Assembly: GCA_907165135.1 (NCBI GenBank)
Contig: OU015568.1
Location: 13,206,001 to 13,270,000, forward strand
Source of the DNA: Oikopleura dioica
Lineage: Eukaryota; Animalia; Chordata
DNA: 64,000 nt
Reading direction: 5' to 3'
Shown: positions 1 to 16,669 of the stretch, piece by piece
How positions within the stretch are numbered: the first letter of the stretch is position 1
Layout of the letters: the number at the start of each line of letters is the position of its first letter
Notes under the pieces: model-generated
Told to the model about the DNA's origin: nothing
Seen by the model: only the letters and a program-made list of their open reading frames with translations
The model's database searches: none
Position numbers and translations under genes: made by a program

Positions 1-414
1 TTTTTTCAAAATACACTAACTTCAGCGCCCCGTGTGGCAGGTTTGCGTTTATGAATTTTTATCTCTGTACTAGAGAATTAGCCGCTATAAACGAGCTTTC
101 ATTTGCGCTATTGCACGCGTAAAATTGAAAGCCCAAAAAAAAGTAGTTTGCCGTCGAAAATGGCGAAAACGGGGGGGGATCCCTTATTAAGACACTTCTT
201 AAATTTCTTAAAGACACTCTTTTCCGCTCTAGTTGAAGCAGAACACATGTCGAGTCCCGAAAAACAGATGCGCCAAAGGTCGACGAGCAGAAAATTAACC
301 AACTGGTCGACATGGGTTATCCTTTTAACGCCGCGATGAAAGCACTTTATCACACAAACGAAAGCCTAGAGGTTATCAATGCTCTAATAAAAGTCGAATA
401 ACGAATAAAATTAG

Positions 415-1012
415 CTGGCGATGGAGTGGTTGATGAGCAATTTGGACAGTCCAGATTTCAACGAACCACTGAAACTCGACAAAACGGCGAAAAAGGAAGA
501 GAAGACCTTTTCGCCAGAAATAATTGCGATGGTTACATCAATGGGATTTACTGATACGCAATCGAAGAAAGCATTGACAGGTTTGTCCATTATCAGTTGT
601 TTTTCGAGCTTGAAAAACAAATCAACCCAAATCGATTGATTTTCAAAGTGGAAATGAGCCACTTTGCCGATTACATTTCACGGAGCTTTTTTCACTCTGG
701 TTATTTTTAGCAACTGACGGGAATGTCGAGCGCGCTATCGATTGGATCTTCTCACACATGGACGAGCTGAACGATGAATCGTCCCCTGCCGAGTCGAGTT
801 CTTCCGGACCGAACCAGCTGGTTGGTTCTGATTCGTCAAAATACCGCCTCCGCGCCTTCGTCTCGCACATGGGCTCGAGCACGGCCTGTGGACACTATGT
901 GGCGCACGTGAAAGAGGACGCCCGTTGGATCCTCTTCAACGATAATAAAGTCGCCGTCTCCCAGAAGCCGCCCAGAGACCTTGGCTACCTGTATGTTTAC
1001 GAACAGATATAA
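415..1012 (+). CDS. USP5: Ubiquitin-specific protease USP5/USP13 (isopeptidase T) family, last two exons; gene starts before the window
   Basis: Exons 415-580 and 711-1012 join across a GT-AG intron (581-710). They give a UBA-type segment (AMEWLMSNLDSPDF...MVTSMGF...ATDGNVERAIDWIFSH) and the USP His box (FVSHMGSSTACGHYVAHVK...WILFNDNKV). Confidence 0.9.
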
Positions 1013-1246
1013 AAAGAAAGAAAAACAAAGAGAAAGATATTTTCGTTTTGGATATTTCGTGTTTATTTCAAAATGCTCCGAAATCTCCTGAAGCGTAAAA
1101 TTTGACAAATATCAACATTTTACATGTCACCTTCACAGAAAAGTTCAATTATACTGTTATCAGCTTTTTTCCCGCCACTCAATCCATTTACAATACGAAA
1201 ACTAACCATATCTCCATTTCTAGAGCCAAAAAAACAGGATTGAAAA

Positions 1247-2046
1247 ATGAGTGCCACATTGAAATCGGGTCTAACGACGCGCAACAAGAATCTCGATCTA
1301 AAAAGGACGACGAAGAAGACCACCAAGGCCAAGGTGGAAATCTTCAAGGTAAGAACGATTCTGATTTCGATGACAATCAGGAAACGCGTCTTTTTTCGCG
1401 AAAAATCGCTTCCTGTTTTGATTCAAAATGACTCATCATCGTGTTTTAGGAGTCACCGAAAAAACGCCGAGAAGCCAATAAGAAGGCCGAAAAGGCTGCT
1501 GCAGAGAAGGAGAAGACTGAAGAAATTGCAGAGAATTACTGGGAGCTTCTCGCCGAGGAGCGCCGGGTCAAGCTCGAGGCCGCGCTCGAAGAGAACAAGG
1601 ATCTTTGCGAGCTTCTCGAGGTTAGTTGCTGTAACAGGAAATGATACTGGTTCATGTCGTAGTTGATTGAGTGAAGAAAACATCTGACTTGAACCTTGTC
1701 CTTCCTGATTGGCTGGGTTCAAAAGATTTGCGATAAAAAGGGAGAAGTCTTCCCTTTTTCATACCAAATTTCACTCTTTGCGAATGTTCATTTTTCAAAT
1801 GTAAAGAAAGAGGAAATTTCGCAATGATTTATTTGAGACTTGGGTTTTCATTTCCAGACCTTCGCCTTATTCAATTTTCACTTCTAGACCCGAAACGAAG
1901 AGAAAATGGAGCTGGAGCGCGAAAACGAAGCTCTGACAAAAGAGAACGAGTTGCTTCGAGAAAAGGCGATGAAAGTGAACGATCTCGAGAGCATCATCGC
2001 AGAGCTGGTCTCCGACGCCGACGACGTCGCCCAGGAGAGCGACTAA
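1247..2046 (+). CDS. GMNN: Geminin-family coiled-coil protein, 3 exons (1247-1348, 1450-1620, 1888-2046)
   Basis: Spliced product contains YWELLAEERRVKLEAALEENKDL followed by a heptad coiled coil (LERENEALTKENELLREKAMKVNDLESIIAEL). This matches the geminin YWxxxAExRRxAL..ALxEN motif. Both introns are GT-AG. Confidence 0.82.
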
Positions 2047-2330
2047 CTCCATCGCCTGGAACTGTCATCAATCAGCAACAATCGCTCTGTCTGGTTCCAG
2101 AGTCTCCGTTTTTCTCATTCTCTTTTTATTTCCCTCCTATATCTCGTTTTAGGAAACATTTCGCTACATTGCCTCCTTTTCTGATTACCTGACTGTAGAC
2201 AAATGTCGTCTACCACTAAAACATAAAACAACACATTCATATCGGGTGATATCTTCCTCTGCTCATCCATATTTTTCAAGAAATAAAAAAAATTAAAACA
2301 ACACCGATTGACAATCGATCTCACTTTAGA

Positions 2331-5867
<3,537 letters not shown>

Positions 5868-6288
5868 ACAGCACTCCTAATACCCAGTAAAAGCCACCCA
5901 TCCTAGGACCACACTGCCTTTAATTGAAAAGACTTTTCCGCACCCAACTGTATATTATTGCTTTCTTCACGAAATCATTGCCACAAGGCCTTGACAAGAC
6001 CTTTCTTGCTAATATTTTTCTTCCAAATTTATTGAGCCACTTTTTCCTTACATGCTCAAGTTCATTTAAAATTCATAATTCTGCTCACCCAGCCCACTTC
6101 AATTATCCCTTCGTGCGAAGTTCAGGATCAACCCTATCATGTTAAATTATTCCCCAGTAATGCCTGAACTGTTACTGATACGACTGACAGAAATAATAAT
6201 AAACTTCTCAATCCAATGATAAGGAGTAAGCTTGTTCTCCGTAAGCGCTAAATAAAGTTACGGCGAACGAGCCATTTTTTTTTATTTG

Positions 6289-6429
6289 TTATGGAAGGAT
6301 AATCCCCTTCGCATTCATCGTCAAAGTCAACACTTCGGAGGCCTGGGTTGGAGTTTTGTCAACGGTGGTACAGTCATGATTACAGCATCGGATATTAGGT
6401 GGATAATGGATTATTAATAAAATACGCAT
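6289..6429 (-). pseudogene. Frameshifted tandem copy of the 6498-6656 micro-ORF
   Basis: MRILLII...RCC lies in one frame. QNSNPGLRSVDFDDECEGD lies in the adjacent frame and aligns with QNSSGWNLSSVEFDDGCDCD of the upstream ORF. Confidence 0.4.
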
Positions 6430-6497
6430 TAACTCGTGGTGTATTTATTTATCCACTAGTCGGCAGCATAAATTCGGTTATCTAATCCATCTTTTCT

Positions 6498-6656
6498 CTA
6501 ATCATCATCGCAGTCGCATCCATCGTCAAATTCAACTGAACTCAAATTCCATCCGCTTGAGTTTTGCCCTCCTCGTGCAGATCCACAACAGCATTTCACA
6601 GAAATACAAATAGCGAGAATTACAACTGCAGACAATCCAAAGATAAGACCCTTCAT
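6498..6656 (-). CDS. Putative 52-aa micropeptide: hydrophobic segment, CCC cluster, acidic tail
   Basis: Manual translation gives MKGLIFGLSAVVILAICISVKCCCGSARGGQNSSGWNLSSVEFDDGCDCDDD*. It is below the ORF-track cutoff and has a related degenerate copy next to it. Confidence 0.45.
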   Translation of the reverse strand: MKGLIFGLSAVVILAICISVKCCCGSARGGQNSSGWNLSSVEFDDGCDCDDD

Positions 6657-7018
6657 AATCAGGTTTATCTTTTATGTGTTGTCTTATCTGTTTTTACTTA
6701 CAATTAGGCTAAGGATAGATTTGGTTTGCTCGTCCATCTTTCTGTTTGAATCTCACTTATTGAAAATTCTTCGATGGATTACCACTCTTTTTGATTTGGT
6801 TGCATTTTGACTGAATCTAGAGCAAAACATTAAGCTCACAGATTCACGTTCTATCTCCAGCTTTCTTCCAGAACTTATCCCCCAATTTTTTTCCGGAGCT
6901 ACTTAAATTTATCAATTGCCAATCGAGATCGAACAGTTTTCACTCTTGATAAGACATGAATTCCCTGTGGCATGTTTTTAATTTAACCAGTTCGCAGCGT
7001 CTTAATAAATATGACGTA

Positions 7019-7798
7019 CCGTGGTTTTCCATTTTAAGAGCGTTTTTTAGATGACAGGGTTTGCTCAAAACGCTCTTAAATTGGAAATTTTCCTATCGAT
7101 ATAGGATGACAGTGGTTATTTTCATTTTTCAGGGAATTTCGAAAGTATGAAACAGAAAAGATCTAGAAGCAAAAGTATTTGTATATCAAGATGAGAACGT
7201 GAGTGATTTTTTCAGGATTTTCCTCGAGCGTTTTTTCTTAATCTGATCTCTTTCATTCTTCAAAATTTAAACAACGAAAATGTCAGGAGAAGAAAAGAAA
7301 AACACATGTCTTTGGCTTAGAAGAAAAAATATGCGCAGATTCTGGTGAAGGCTCAAAAAGAAAGGATGGGAGAAAGACTGTCATGGAGATCTAATAGATA
7401 ATCCGAAGGAAAATGATGGGGAAGACATGCCTCAGTCACTGAGGCTCAGGGTACATTTTCTAGCCTTTGTAGGAATAGGTAAATTAAATATCTAGGAATC
7501 AGATTAAAAGCAAAAGAGCTCCGACCATGATGGTCCGTCGGCGATGGAGATTGAAGAAGAACCTCAAGTTCAAATGACAGAAGGAGCCGACACTGCCAAA
7601 CCATTGACTTTAAAATGGCCGGAAAAGCAGTCAGAGATTACACGTTTTAGTTAATGATTTATTTGAGTCTAAAAATTTTTTGATTGCATAAAAATCTTCA
7701 AAAACGCTCTTAAATTGGAATTTTCGCAGATAACATAATTTGCAAAATGTTGGCGAAAACGCTCTTACATTGGGCGCTCTTAAAATGGAAAACCACGG
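7019..7798. mobile_element. Non-autonomous Tc1/mariner(pogo)-like DNA element, 780 bp
   Basis: Perfect 24-bp TIRs CCGTGGTTTTCCATTTTAAGAGCG at 7019-7042 and 7775-7798, with TA on both flanks. Subterminal AAAACGCTCTTAAATTGGAA repeats occur at ~7067 and ~7701. Confidence 0.8.
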
Positions 7799-10428
7799 TA
7801 TTCGGCTGGCTGTGGGAAAAAATAATTTCGCGATTTGGATTCAGTCTCGCATTGGCGTTGAGTGTCCTCGAGAAATCGAGCTCTCATATTTGGCAAGCTC
7901 AACAAGCGAGAAAAAAGGGGTCGTTTTTTGTGTCTCTCCGTGTCGCCCTAGCGTACCCCTTGGCTCCAAGTCTACGTGTGTACTACTAAGTAAGCGCTTT
8001 TAGTAGCTTGGAAATGAGAATAAGCGAGCATTTAACGAGCAGGCTCAGATTTTCAACAGAAAAACCGTGTCAGTCAATCAGCCGGAGTGAGAGGTAAGTG
8101 CTATTTGCGTTTTACTGCTAGAGAATCGCTTTTTCGTCGGTAAAATGCAGTAAAATGCTGAACAGTTATTTTTTATTTTGTCATCAGTCAGTTGTTTGCA
8201 CCTAGAAATCATGATGTGGGTTCTTCGTTTTTCCAAAAATATCTTACGTTGCAAAAGCTTAATCAAAAGTTAATTAAGTTTATTGAGCTTATCTCCGCTA
8301 GAATGTGTGGACATCCGGGTTTGTTTTAATTACACCTTGTGCTTTATGAAATTAATTATTCGCTTGTGATGAATTTAACGATTCGTGTACCTGCCACAAA
8401 CACGCACAAATTGGCGAGATAAGTGGGGAGATTTTGAAATGCAGTGTTTTCTGTAGAAATTCTATGCTAAATGTGAGGATAAAGTGATGCGCGCTTCCTC
8501 AAAAATGAGTTTCTGTTTTTGCATCCAAAAAGAATGAAAGCGACCGCAAGATCATCCCCTACACGTCGTTATCAGTACTACTAAGAAACGCAGAATTACA
8601 AATTTTCTATTTTCAACATGCTTGTTTTTCAACCTCAGACACTTATTCGCGCCGCTCCGAGTAATCTGCTCTGAATTTCTCGGAAAAATTCGCATGTTAT
8701 TTGTTCAGCAATTTTCATTGATTATTCCTCTATCCAGCTCATAATGATCATGCTATTCGAAGAATGCAGAGCTGGACAGAAAAATGGCAAGGTCAGTCGA
8801 GGGATATTTTTTGATAATGTCTAGCGAATTTAAACTGATAAGGGCGGAAAGAGATATGACCATGGGAAGTGAAAATATACGAAAAGGGGAATTTGCTATT
8901 GAACAAAATTATAAATTAAAGGTCATTTTTGTTAAGCAAACTTTTTTACTAAAGGAAAAAATACTGAATCTTTTGATAATCAATGCAAAAGCGCGATTAT
9001 CCTCGTTAAATCCATAGACTGCATCTTCGCATGCATCGATTTTGTAAAAGGCGGAGCGAAGAAATGCGCTCTAATGGAAATCGCGCGTGCGATTACACGT
9101 GCATTTGCTTCCTTTTTCTAAAGGCGTCCATTCAATTACCATACTGGAACTAGTACAGTAATGCTTTATTAGCTTTCAATAAAAAAAGTACACCTGTGGT
9201 CTTGGCACTGATTGCGCGGCCAAAGCGGATTAGGCAAACGTGATGATCGCTGAATTTATTGTTTTGGGCGCTTCCTGGGCAATTTGCTTCAAAACAGCTT
9301 TAGGTTATAATTTTTAAAGGAAAAAATAAAGAAAATATAACGCCACGATGATGATTATTTTCGATATTCTCGCAAGTTGAAGTAGAAATCTTACAGTAGC
9401 AATTGATCAAGAAACAACAGTGATTCAGGTGCGTCTTTTTGCGCAAAAAAGCGACAGGCCAATTGACAACAGTTCAAAGCAATCAAGTGCTTCGCGACAG
9501 CTTGTTGGCGGAAGATAATTTAAACATCTTCTTCGGTGACTGTTTGCAGCGACAAAGCTCTTCTGACATGAAACAGCGCATAAATACAATTGAAAAACGA
9601 GTGTTTTAGAAGCTAGATCGCGCAATAAAAAATGCTCTCAAATGCAAGATCGGCGAGTTTTTATTTGAACGAAAGTCCTAAAAACTCTATCGTGAAAGTA
9701 AAAATATCCATTTGAAATATCAGAATTTGGTTAATACAGTGAAAATTCAATGTAAGGCAAATTCTTGTTAAAAAACGTCATATTTTGAGTTTCAAATCAT
9801 CCAGAAACTTTTTTCTAAAGATAATTAATGACTAGAGTAAAAGAAAGCGCTATTTCATTGTTGTTTGTTATCCCAGACGGTAGTATTTTTCAAAGGAAAC
9901 GTACGATTACTGTTTGGAACGCAGATTTACGAAGGAGATTTGATTTAAACCTCTCCCTCGATCCAGAAGAGCCAAGTAAATCAGTTAATTAAGGGGCGCG
10001 TGGATTAGATAGAGAAAATACGGTACATAGACTGCACCCTCGTTGATGGAGCATATTTAATCGCGAACTTGTCTTGACAATATTCCCTTATGACAAACAC
10101 AAAATCGATAGCGTGAAACAGGGGAGCACCAGAAACTAATATCAAAGGAGGGAATAATCTATGAGCTAGAGAGAACGAGCGTGACCACTTGGAAAGCTTG
10201 ATTATCCTTGCTTTAGGTTCGGAAGCAAAGTAGCTAGGTACAGTAAGACAAAGGGCGCAAGTCAAGTGATCAAGTAGCCCAGGGCGTGTGTGACGTCTCA
10301 GTGTTTGGCATTAACCCGCGGGCGTGCTGGTGCTGACAATTGACGCTGAATAGGGCCGTTTTCAATTCAAGGGCCTGGCTAAAATTTATTTAATTTTTGT
10401 TTTCAGCGAAGAGCCAAACTTCGAGGTC

Positions 10429-11511
10429 ATGGAAGAGAGCAGCGAAAACGCGCAGAATCTTATTCAGCAGCAGGAAACCCAGCTCAAATCAAAATATGGA
10501 AATTTGGAGAAGAAACGGGTAAGACTGCCAAATTATTGAGAATAGCTTGTTGAATACATTTTCAAATGTTAATTATCATTCAATATAACACCTTTGAAAT
10601 AGAATTACGATTTCTTAGAAGAAAACAGTTACAAAGCGTCAAATACCGCTTTATTTAGTAAATCATGCTAAATCTTAAATCGCCACGGAGACCATAAATA
10701 ACTTTTTATTATGTTTTGTATCACTAACGGTTTATTGATATTTTCGAAGGTTTGTTCACATTATGTTCATATTATGATATGCAATACTTTTCGAAATATT
10801 GCGGCAATAAACTGTTGCCAGTCTCTGATCTCTGGTTCAATTATTAATGAGGAGATTCTCTCTATGTTGAATAATCAGTAATTATAAATTTTGATAATAA
10901 TACCAACACAAATGCTCAAGGTAGCCGCAAGTCTATGTCAAACGCAATGCGAATAAACAGAGTGGTACGCTTTGAATAGCACTGTGGTTGAATCCGGTAA
11001 TATATTTTGCTTTCTAATTCCACCTAAATTATGTTCTATCTCCTGATGATCTCTTTTATGAATGAGATTTTCGAGTTATGCGACGAGGTCAATGTCGTGT
11101 CACAAATCAAAGTGGCGACTTTACCACTCTAGTATTCGTGGATTTGCATTTGAACCCCCCTGGGATCAATTTTATCATTATTTCGTCTTCTAGGGCTCAG
11201 CGATGCTTAATAAGAAGCTACGTGGATCTTCGAAGAAATACTTTGATTCCGGCGACTACATTATGGAACGTGACCGCTCGGTATCGAAACCGATGAAGAA
11301 TCGACCACCTCAGCTCGTGCTCAAAGGTGAGCCAAATTAAAATGCCCAGGTGTTAACCTCCGCATTAAAGTTTTTAAGTCGTCTCTTCAGTCGGTGATTA
11401 TGGGCTTCCCTGACACTTTTAAATTTAGACATTCAAACGAGCGCCGAAAACTTGCCACCGGTTTTGTCGGAAGAAGGAAGTAGCCCGATCAGACGAAATA
11501 GTCCCGGAATG
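10429..11511 (+). CDS. ENSA: Alpha-endosulfine/ARPP-19 (PP2A-B55 inhibitor); exons 10429-10518, 11194-11326, 11429-11511; last exon unresolved
   Basis: GT-AG splicing gives ...QLKSKYGNLEKKRGSAMLNKKLRGSSKKYFDSGDYIM..., which contains the invariant KYFDSGDY Greatwall site. RRNS is a PKA-type site near the C-terminus. Confidence 0.88.
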
Positions 11512-13123
11512 GTGAGTTGTATTTTGGATAAACATTTATATATCCATGATTTATGACGTGCAGGAGCATCATCACGCAAGTTAACACGGTTAATTTAACG
11601 CTGGACTTGTTCGTGTCCTTCTTTTTCCCCAAACGGTCAAATTTCGCTGCAGAAATGAATCCGATCTTTGCGAAGAAAAAAGTATTTTTCTTGTGCAAGT
11701 GTGGCAAGCCAGTAAAGCTTCTATGATAACTGTACCCGTAACCGCTAAGAAGGATTATGCACCTCCCGTGTCTTCTACTTACCTACATTCGATTAATTTT
11801 CTTCTTCATTCTGCAATAAAAAGTCTTAGAGCTTGATCTCTAATCCAAGGCCACGTTAAATGCTTCTTGTGGGCGAGCAAGTCCAAGAGCGCGGCACTAA
11901 GCTAACCGATAGTTACTGACCTTACAGAAGACTTATCATCCGATTTAGTCGCCGCTGATCAAAAACGCGCCCACCGAGCCGCTCTTCACCAAATAATCCG
12001 AATGAAAAATTCTGTTTTATCTTCCAGCTCATTTTCTAAACTCTTTCTTATTCTACTATCATTACTTCATCATTATTATTGTAATTCAATAAAATCGTGC
12101 CTATCACCAAAAGAATTCAATAAACAAACAAATATACAAATTTAAAACCTAAATTTTAGATCATCAAGTTTATGTTAACAATCTCCAGTTTATGCAAGAC
12201 AACTAAATGCACATCATACACCTAGCCACAATTTTCCGGGCAGGGGAAATTGATAAACGAGTTACACTTGAACGATCATTATCAAACACGTTCTGATTTA
12301 TCAAATGATGAAAGGTGTTATTTCTATTTCTATTTTGATTCTAATTGATTTCTGATTCAATCAACTCGAAACAGTTGCCGTCTCATTGATCTTATTATTG
12401 GCATATCAATATTTGTAATAAACAGATTTTTGCAAACTTCGTTTAAACAAAGATATTAGCTTCCATTCAAGGCCAAGAAATCTAAATCATCGATGAACTT
12501 TTCGAAGAAACAAACATTTTTCTCGGTAATAAAGTTCAACGATTGTCACGTTGTATTTGGTACATCCCGCCTTAGGAACAATGATTATCGACGATCGTCT
12601 CGGAGGCTCTTGCGCTGCGTTTTTACCGTTGAAGTAATCTCAAACGCGGTGCACCAAATCTGGAAGAGGTTTGTTTGCAAGAGGACGGATGACTGAAACA
12701 ACAAGCGGGTCTACACTTATCTTGAACGAACGTTTCACTTCCAAAAAGACATTCATTTTGTGTTTTCTTTGATAACGTGTATTTTTTTCTCAGACTACGT
12801 GCAGAAGATCGACCACATAGTTTGAGAGATTCTGTCATTTTAAGTATGAAATTCGAGTATATCTTACGTAAGCCTTGTCCGGAAGAGATCAACTTATAAA
12901 TTCATTAAGCGGATTTCGTTTTAATAATCAGCTGAATGCTCAATCAATTTTATTGCGATTTGTTAAAGGCAAATGCAGGAAGTTTCTACTCTACGAACTG
13001 TTGATTTTTACCCAGCCTCCATGACATTTTTAAATATCAAGCAAATAATAAATCTCGAAAAGCAAATAATACCATAAGAAGCAAAAGACACTCTCAAACA
13101 GACTCTCGCAGAGAATTTTAAAG

Positions 13124-14030
13124 ATGAAGGGCCTGATCATTCCAGCAGAATTTGTTGCAAACTGGAACAACGCTAAGCCGTGCCATTATTGCAAGGGGTA
13201 AAATATATTATATGAAAATGTAATAATTAGAAGTGATTTGATATCTATTCGCTTGTTTATTAGAATATGTGAAAAAATGTACAAAAACACGGGATTCGAG
13301 CCAATGTGCCGGCCTTGCGCTGAAGAAAACGTCAAGGACAATCCAGACTACCTGAAAGGAACTGACTTCGTAACTGACGCTCGATTCAAATGCTTGGCAA
13401 AAGCCTGCAATGCTACAGGCCTCGTTTTTAAAGAGTTTGTCATTGGCTCGTGCTGCTACAAAGCGTTTCTGAAAGCTACGGAAGAATATCCGACAACTAA
13501 AATCGAAAAAGATGTCTACAGAGTTCTTACTGTTGCGAAAGGCTTCTTCAACGCATCAATCGGTCGACAGCAAGACACTCTTGGGAAGATGCTTCAGCAA
13601 AAATGAACTATACGACCGCACACGAAGCATATATTGCTGCTCGAAATGAATTCAACAAGGCCGAGGAACGTTATAATAACGAGAAAGATGAGAATGAAAC
13701 AATGCAGAAGATCATGGAATCTTCAATCAAGAAAATCAATGGCATGGTTCACGACCCTCGTAATAATCATCTTATATACATTTTAAAATTGTAAACTTAC
13801 ACCTTTAAAAACGAGTTTGTTCCAAATTTATTCTAGTCGCTGAAGACGGTGGTCAAAAGAGCGCATGCAACTTGTGCATGGAGAAATTCGACAGCGAAAT
13901 TCGAATGGAGGCTACCTTGAAGTGTGGGCACGTAGCATGCATCAAATGCCTAACTGAGATGTCCGAAAAGATCTGTCACATCTGTCGAAAAGAATTCAAA
14001 AATGAAGAGATCATCAAACTCTACTACTAG
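13124..14030 (+). pseudogene. Cys-rich N-terminus + coiled coil + C-terminal C3HC4 RING; one-base frameshift at an A5 run (13599-13603)
   Basis: Last exon encodes CNLC...CGHVACIKC...CHICRKEF. Introns are 13198-13263 (GT-AG) and 13742-13836 (GC-AG). LQQK* and MNYTT overlap and would be continuous with one more A. Confidence 0.7.
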
Positions 14031-16312
14031 AAACCAAACTTTGAAAAACTTCTTCCTGACAATTTATTAATAAATCTGATTGCAGCAATATTTGTGTTTA
14101 AAGGATTGCCACGACGCCGTTTTTGTCAGAGAAAGCATTTTTACAAGCATTCTAGCAGTCAAGTACTAGTCAACGCAAATCGCGCGCGGCATTGCGCTTC
14201 CGCGGCGCGCTTTTACACCGTGTGCGCCACCACCAGCGCCGCGCTCACGCACGTGGAGATTATTCATCATCATCATCGACGGGTGCCCAAAGTTCCAACG
14301 AGCAAGCCGTTCAGTAAACGAAGAAGCTATTTACTAGAGACACTCTCATTTTGAAAATCGGACCACGACGCAACGAAATCTATATTAGAGTAAACACCTC
14401 CTAGTTCAGGTAAAGATTTTATGTCTATAAAATCCCTATATCATCCTTGTATTCTCCATTTTCAACGAATCGTAAATTTCCTACTAATATATTGAAAAAG
14501 ACCTTATTCGAAGACACTGTCTACTTGACAGCTCAAACTAAAAAATAACAACAACAGTATCTCAGTGTCTATGCTTAGAAATATTATTTATATTATAAAA
14601 ATATATAAGTTTTTAAAGCAAATACAGGGTATCAATCCATTGTACTTCAAAATTTTCCACGATGATTTTTTCGAAACGACATTTTTCAGAAAAATCTTAA
14701 TAAAAAAAATTTTTTTGCAGAATTTTTGATTTTCAGCACGATTTCTAACTCTAGCATCCTGGAAGACAGATGACTCAGTCACCAACTTTCCGACCATTTT
14801 TATTATAATGTTCATTCTTTTATCATCATCAGTTTCCGCTTTTGCACACGCGTAATTACAGCGTTTGCGAAAAAAAATCAATCACTAGAATTTCCTCTCA
14901 GTCTGTTTTTTCTGCTCCTCAAAAAGTCATCACTCAAGATAATTCATCAGAATCTTTGGAAGCCTTTTATTCTCCCTTCCCGCGTACTCAATCAAGTACT
15001 TTTTATGCCGCGGTGGGCTGCTAACACTTGAATTCTTAATTGCTTTTGCGATTTTTGAGAATTTCCCACACGTAATTCAATAATCCAAAAATTCGACAAA
15101 AGATCACTTCTTGAGCTGGATTTGGCGAGTTGTAAGAATGTGCCGACCAGCAGGATATCAAAGCGAGATAGACACGAAGCTACAATTTTCATAATCCGGG
15201 CGGAAATTTTCTAAGTTGGTCCAGACTGTCACCGGCGCGTTCTTTGAGCGGTTAGAAGTTTGGGCCGGCATTTAGACCTTCCTACTGTAATTCTAGTCTT
15301 AGCAAGAAATCGAAAATATGAAATATATATAAAATTACGCACGTTTTGAATACCGCCTTTTCAGGCAAAAGATACTGTCATTCGTCATTTTCAGTTACAA
15401 CTTCTATCCGATCAAATGTCGCATCTAATTTATATTCAGTCAAACAAAGAGAATAAAGAGGGATGAGATATCGCCCGCGCCTGACACTATCTTCGCTGCT
15501 TTTTGTCTTACAGGAATTGGCTCACAAATGCAACGTTCCTGGCGCACGTCTCGATTTCGATCAAAATATCGGAAACTATTAAAATCAACCGTCCGGTCGA
15601 CCTTAATCCTATTTAATAACGTGCCCAGTTTTCACGGTAAGATTTGAAAAAGGCGTTCATCAAATATTGCCAATATTATTTTTGGGATAAAAATTTGCCT
15701 TTTCAAATAAAAACAACGGCCAAAATAATAGACAAATTCTTCGAGTTAATTCTAAAAATAAGGCCCGCCCTCCTTCAAAAACAGCATCCTGCTATGCGTT
15801 TCTTGAGCTGACCCTTAATTAATAGCATATCAAATTCACGTTTCCGCTCCACGAAATACCCGGGGCTGAACCTGATAATTTTTATTCCAAACAAAAGCCC
15901 TTCAACTTTGTGGCGAGCTTTGCCACAAGAATCGACCATTTCTTATCATCATTAGAAAGCGGCGGTTCTTGATAAAAAAAATACGTCTTCGGTAATAAAT
16001 TCGCATCGTAAGTATTTACTCAAATACCTCCATAAATGCCAGGCATTTTATGGAATTTTAAAGAACAAGCGTCACTTTCTTGAAACTTCAGTGGCCATTT
16101 TTGATGATTTTTGAGCTCTAAAAGATTGCTTCATCGCAAGAAATATGTGGAAAGTGGAGTGAATCTGGCTCGTTCTCTGGCGTATTGGATAGAAGCTGTA
16201 AATTTCAACTCGAATCGAGAAACGGTGAACGCATAAGTTTATTGCTACCGGATTTCTATGAAAGGAAAGAGTCGAGAACAACCTAAAATTCTTCTCACTG
16301 TAATATATAATA

Positions 16313-16669
16313 CAGTGTACTCGCACAATTTGGACCTTTTTTGTTTTGCAGATTTCTCGAAAAAGGGCCGAATTGTGCGGGTCCGAAATTCGGATTAATT
16401 TGCTGCTCCTTCAAAAAAGATCAATTTTGGAGCGCTAAAATGTTAAAATCTCACTTTTTTCGTCAATTATCCCCGTAAATTCTACGTGTTAATCAAAAAA
16501 AAAGAGTAAGAAATAGCATTTCTCTCGTAAATAAATCTTACAAAATACGTTTGAGCAAGCAAATTTGACTGAAATTCACATAGATGGCTAATTGAGCGAT
16601 TTTCATTAATTTTCGCGAAATTCGAAAAAAGGGCCGAATTGTGCGGGTCCAAATTGTGCGAGTCGTCTG
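16313..16669. mobile_element. Tc1/mariner-like MITE, 357 bp
   Basis: Termini CAGTGTACTCGCACAATTTGGACC and GGTCCAAATTGTGCGAGTCGTCTG are imperfect TIRs. The left flank is TA and the right flank is CA. An internal direct repeat GAAAAAGGGCCGAATTGTGCGGGTCC occurs twice. Confidence 0.7.

Noticed and set aside
26-50. Possible 15-nt micro-exon of USP5 (ttcag|CGCCCCGTGTGGCAG|gtttg)
   Set aside because: The phase cannot be tested because the upstream exon is outside the window.
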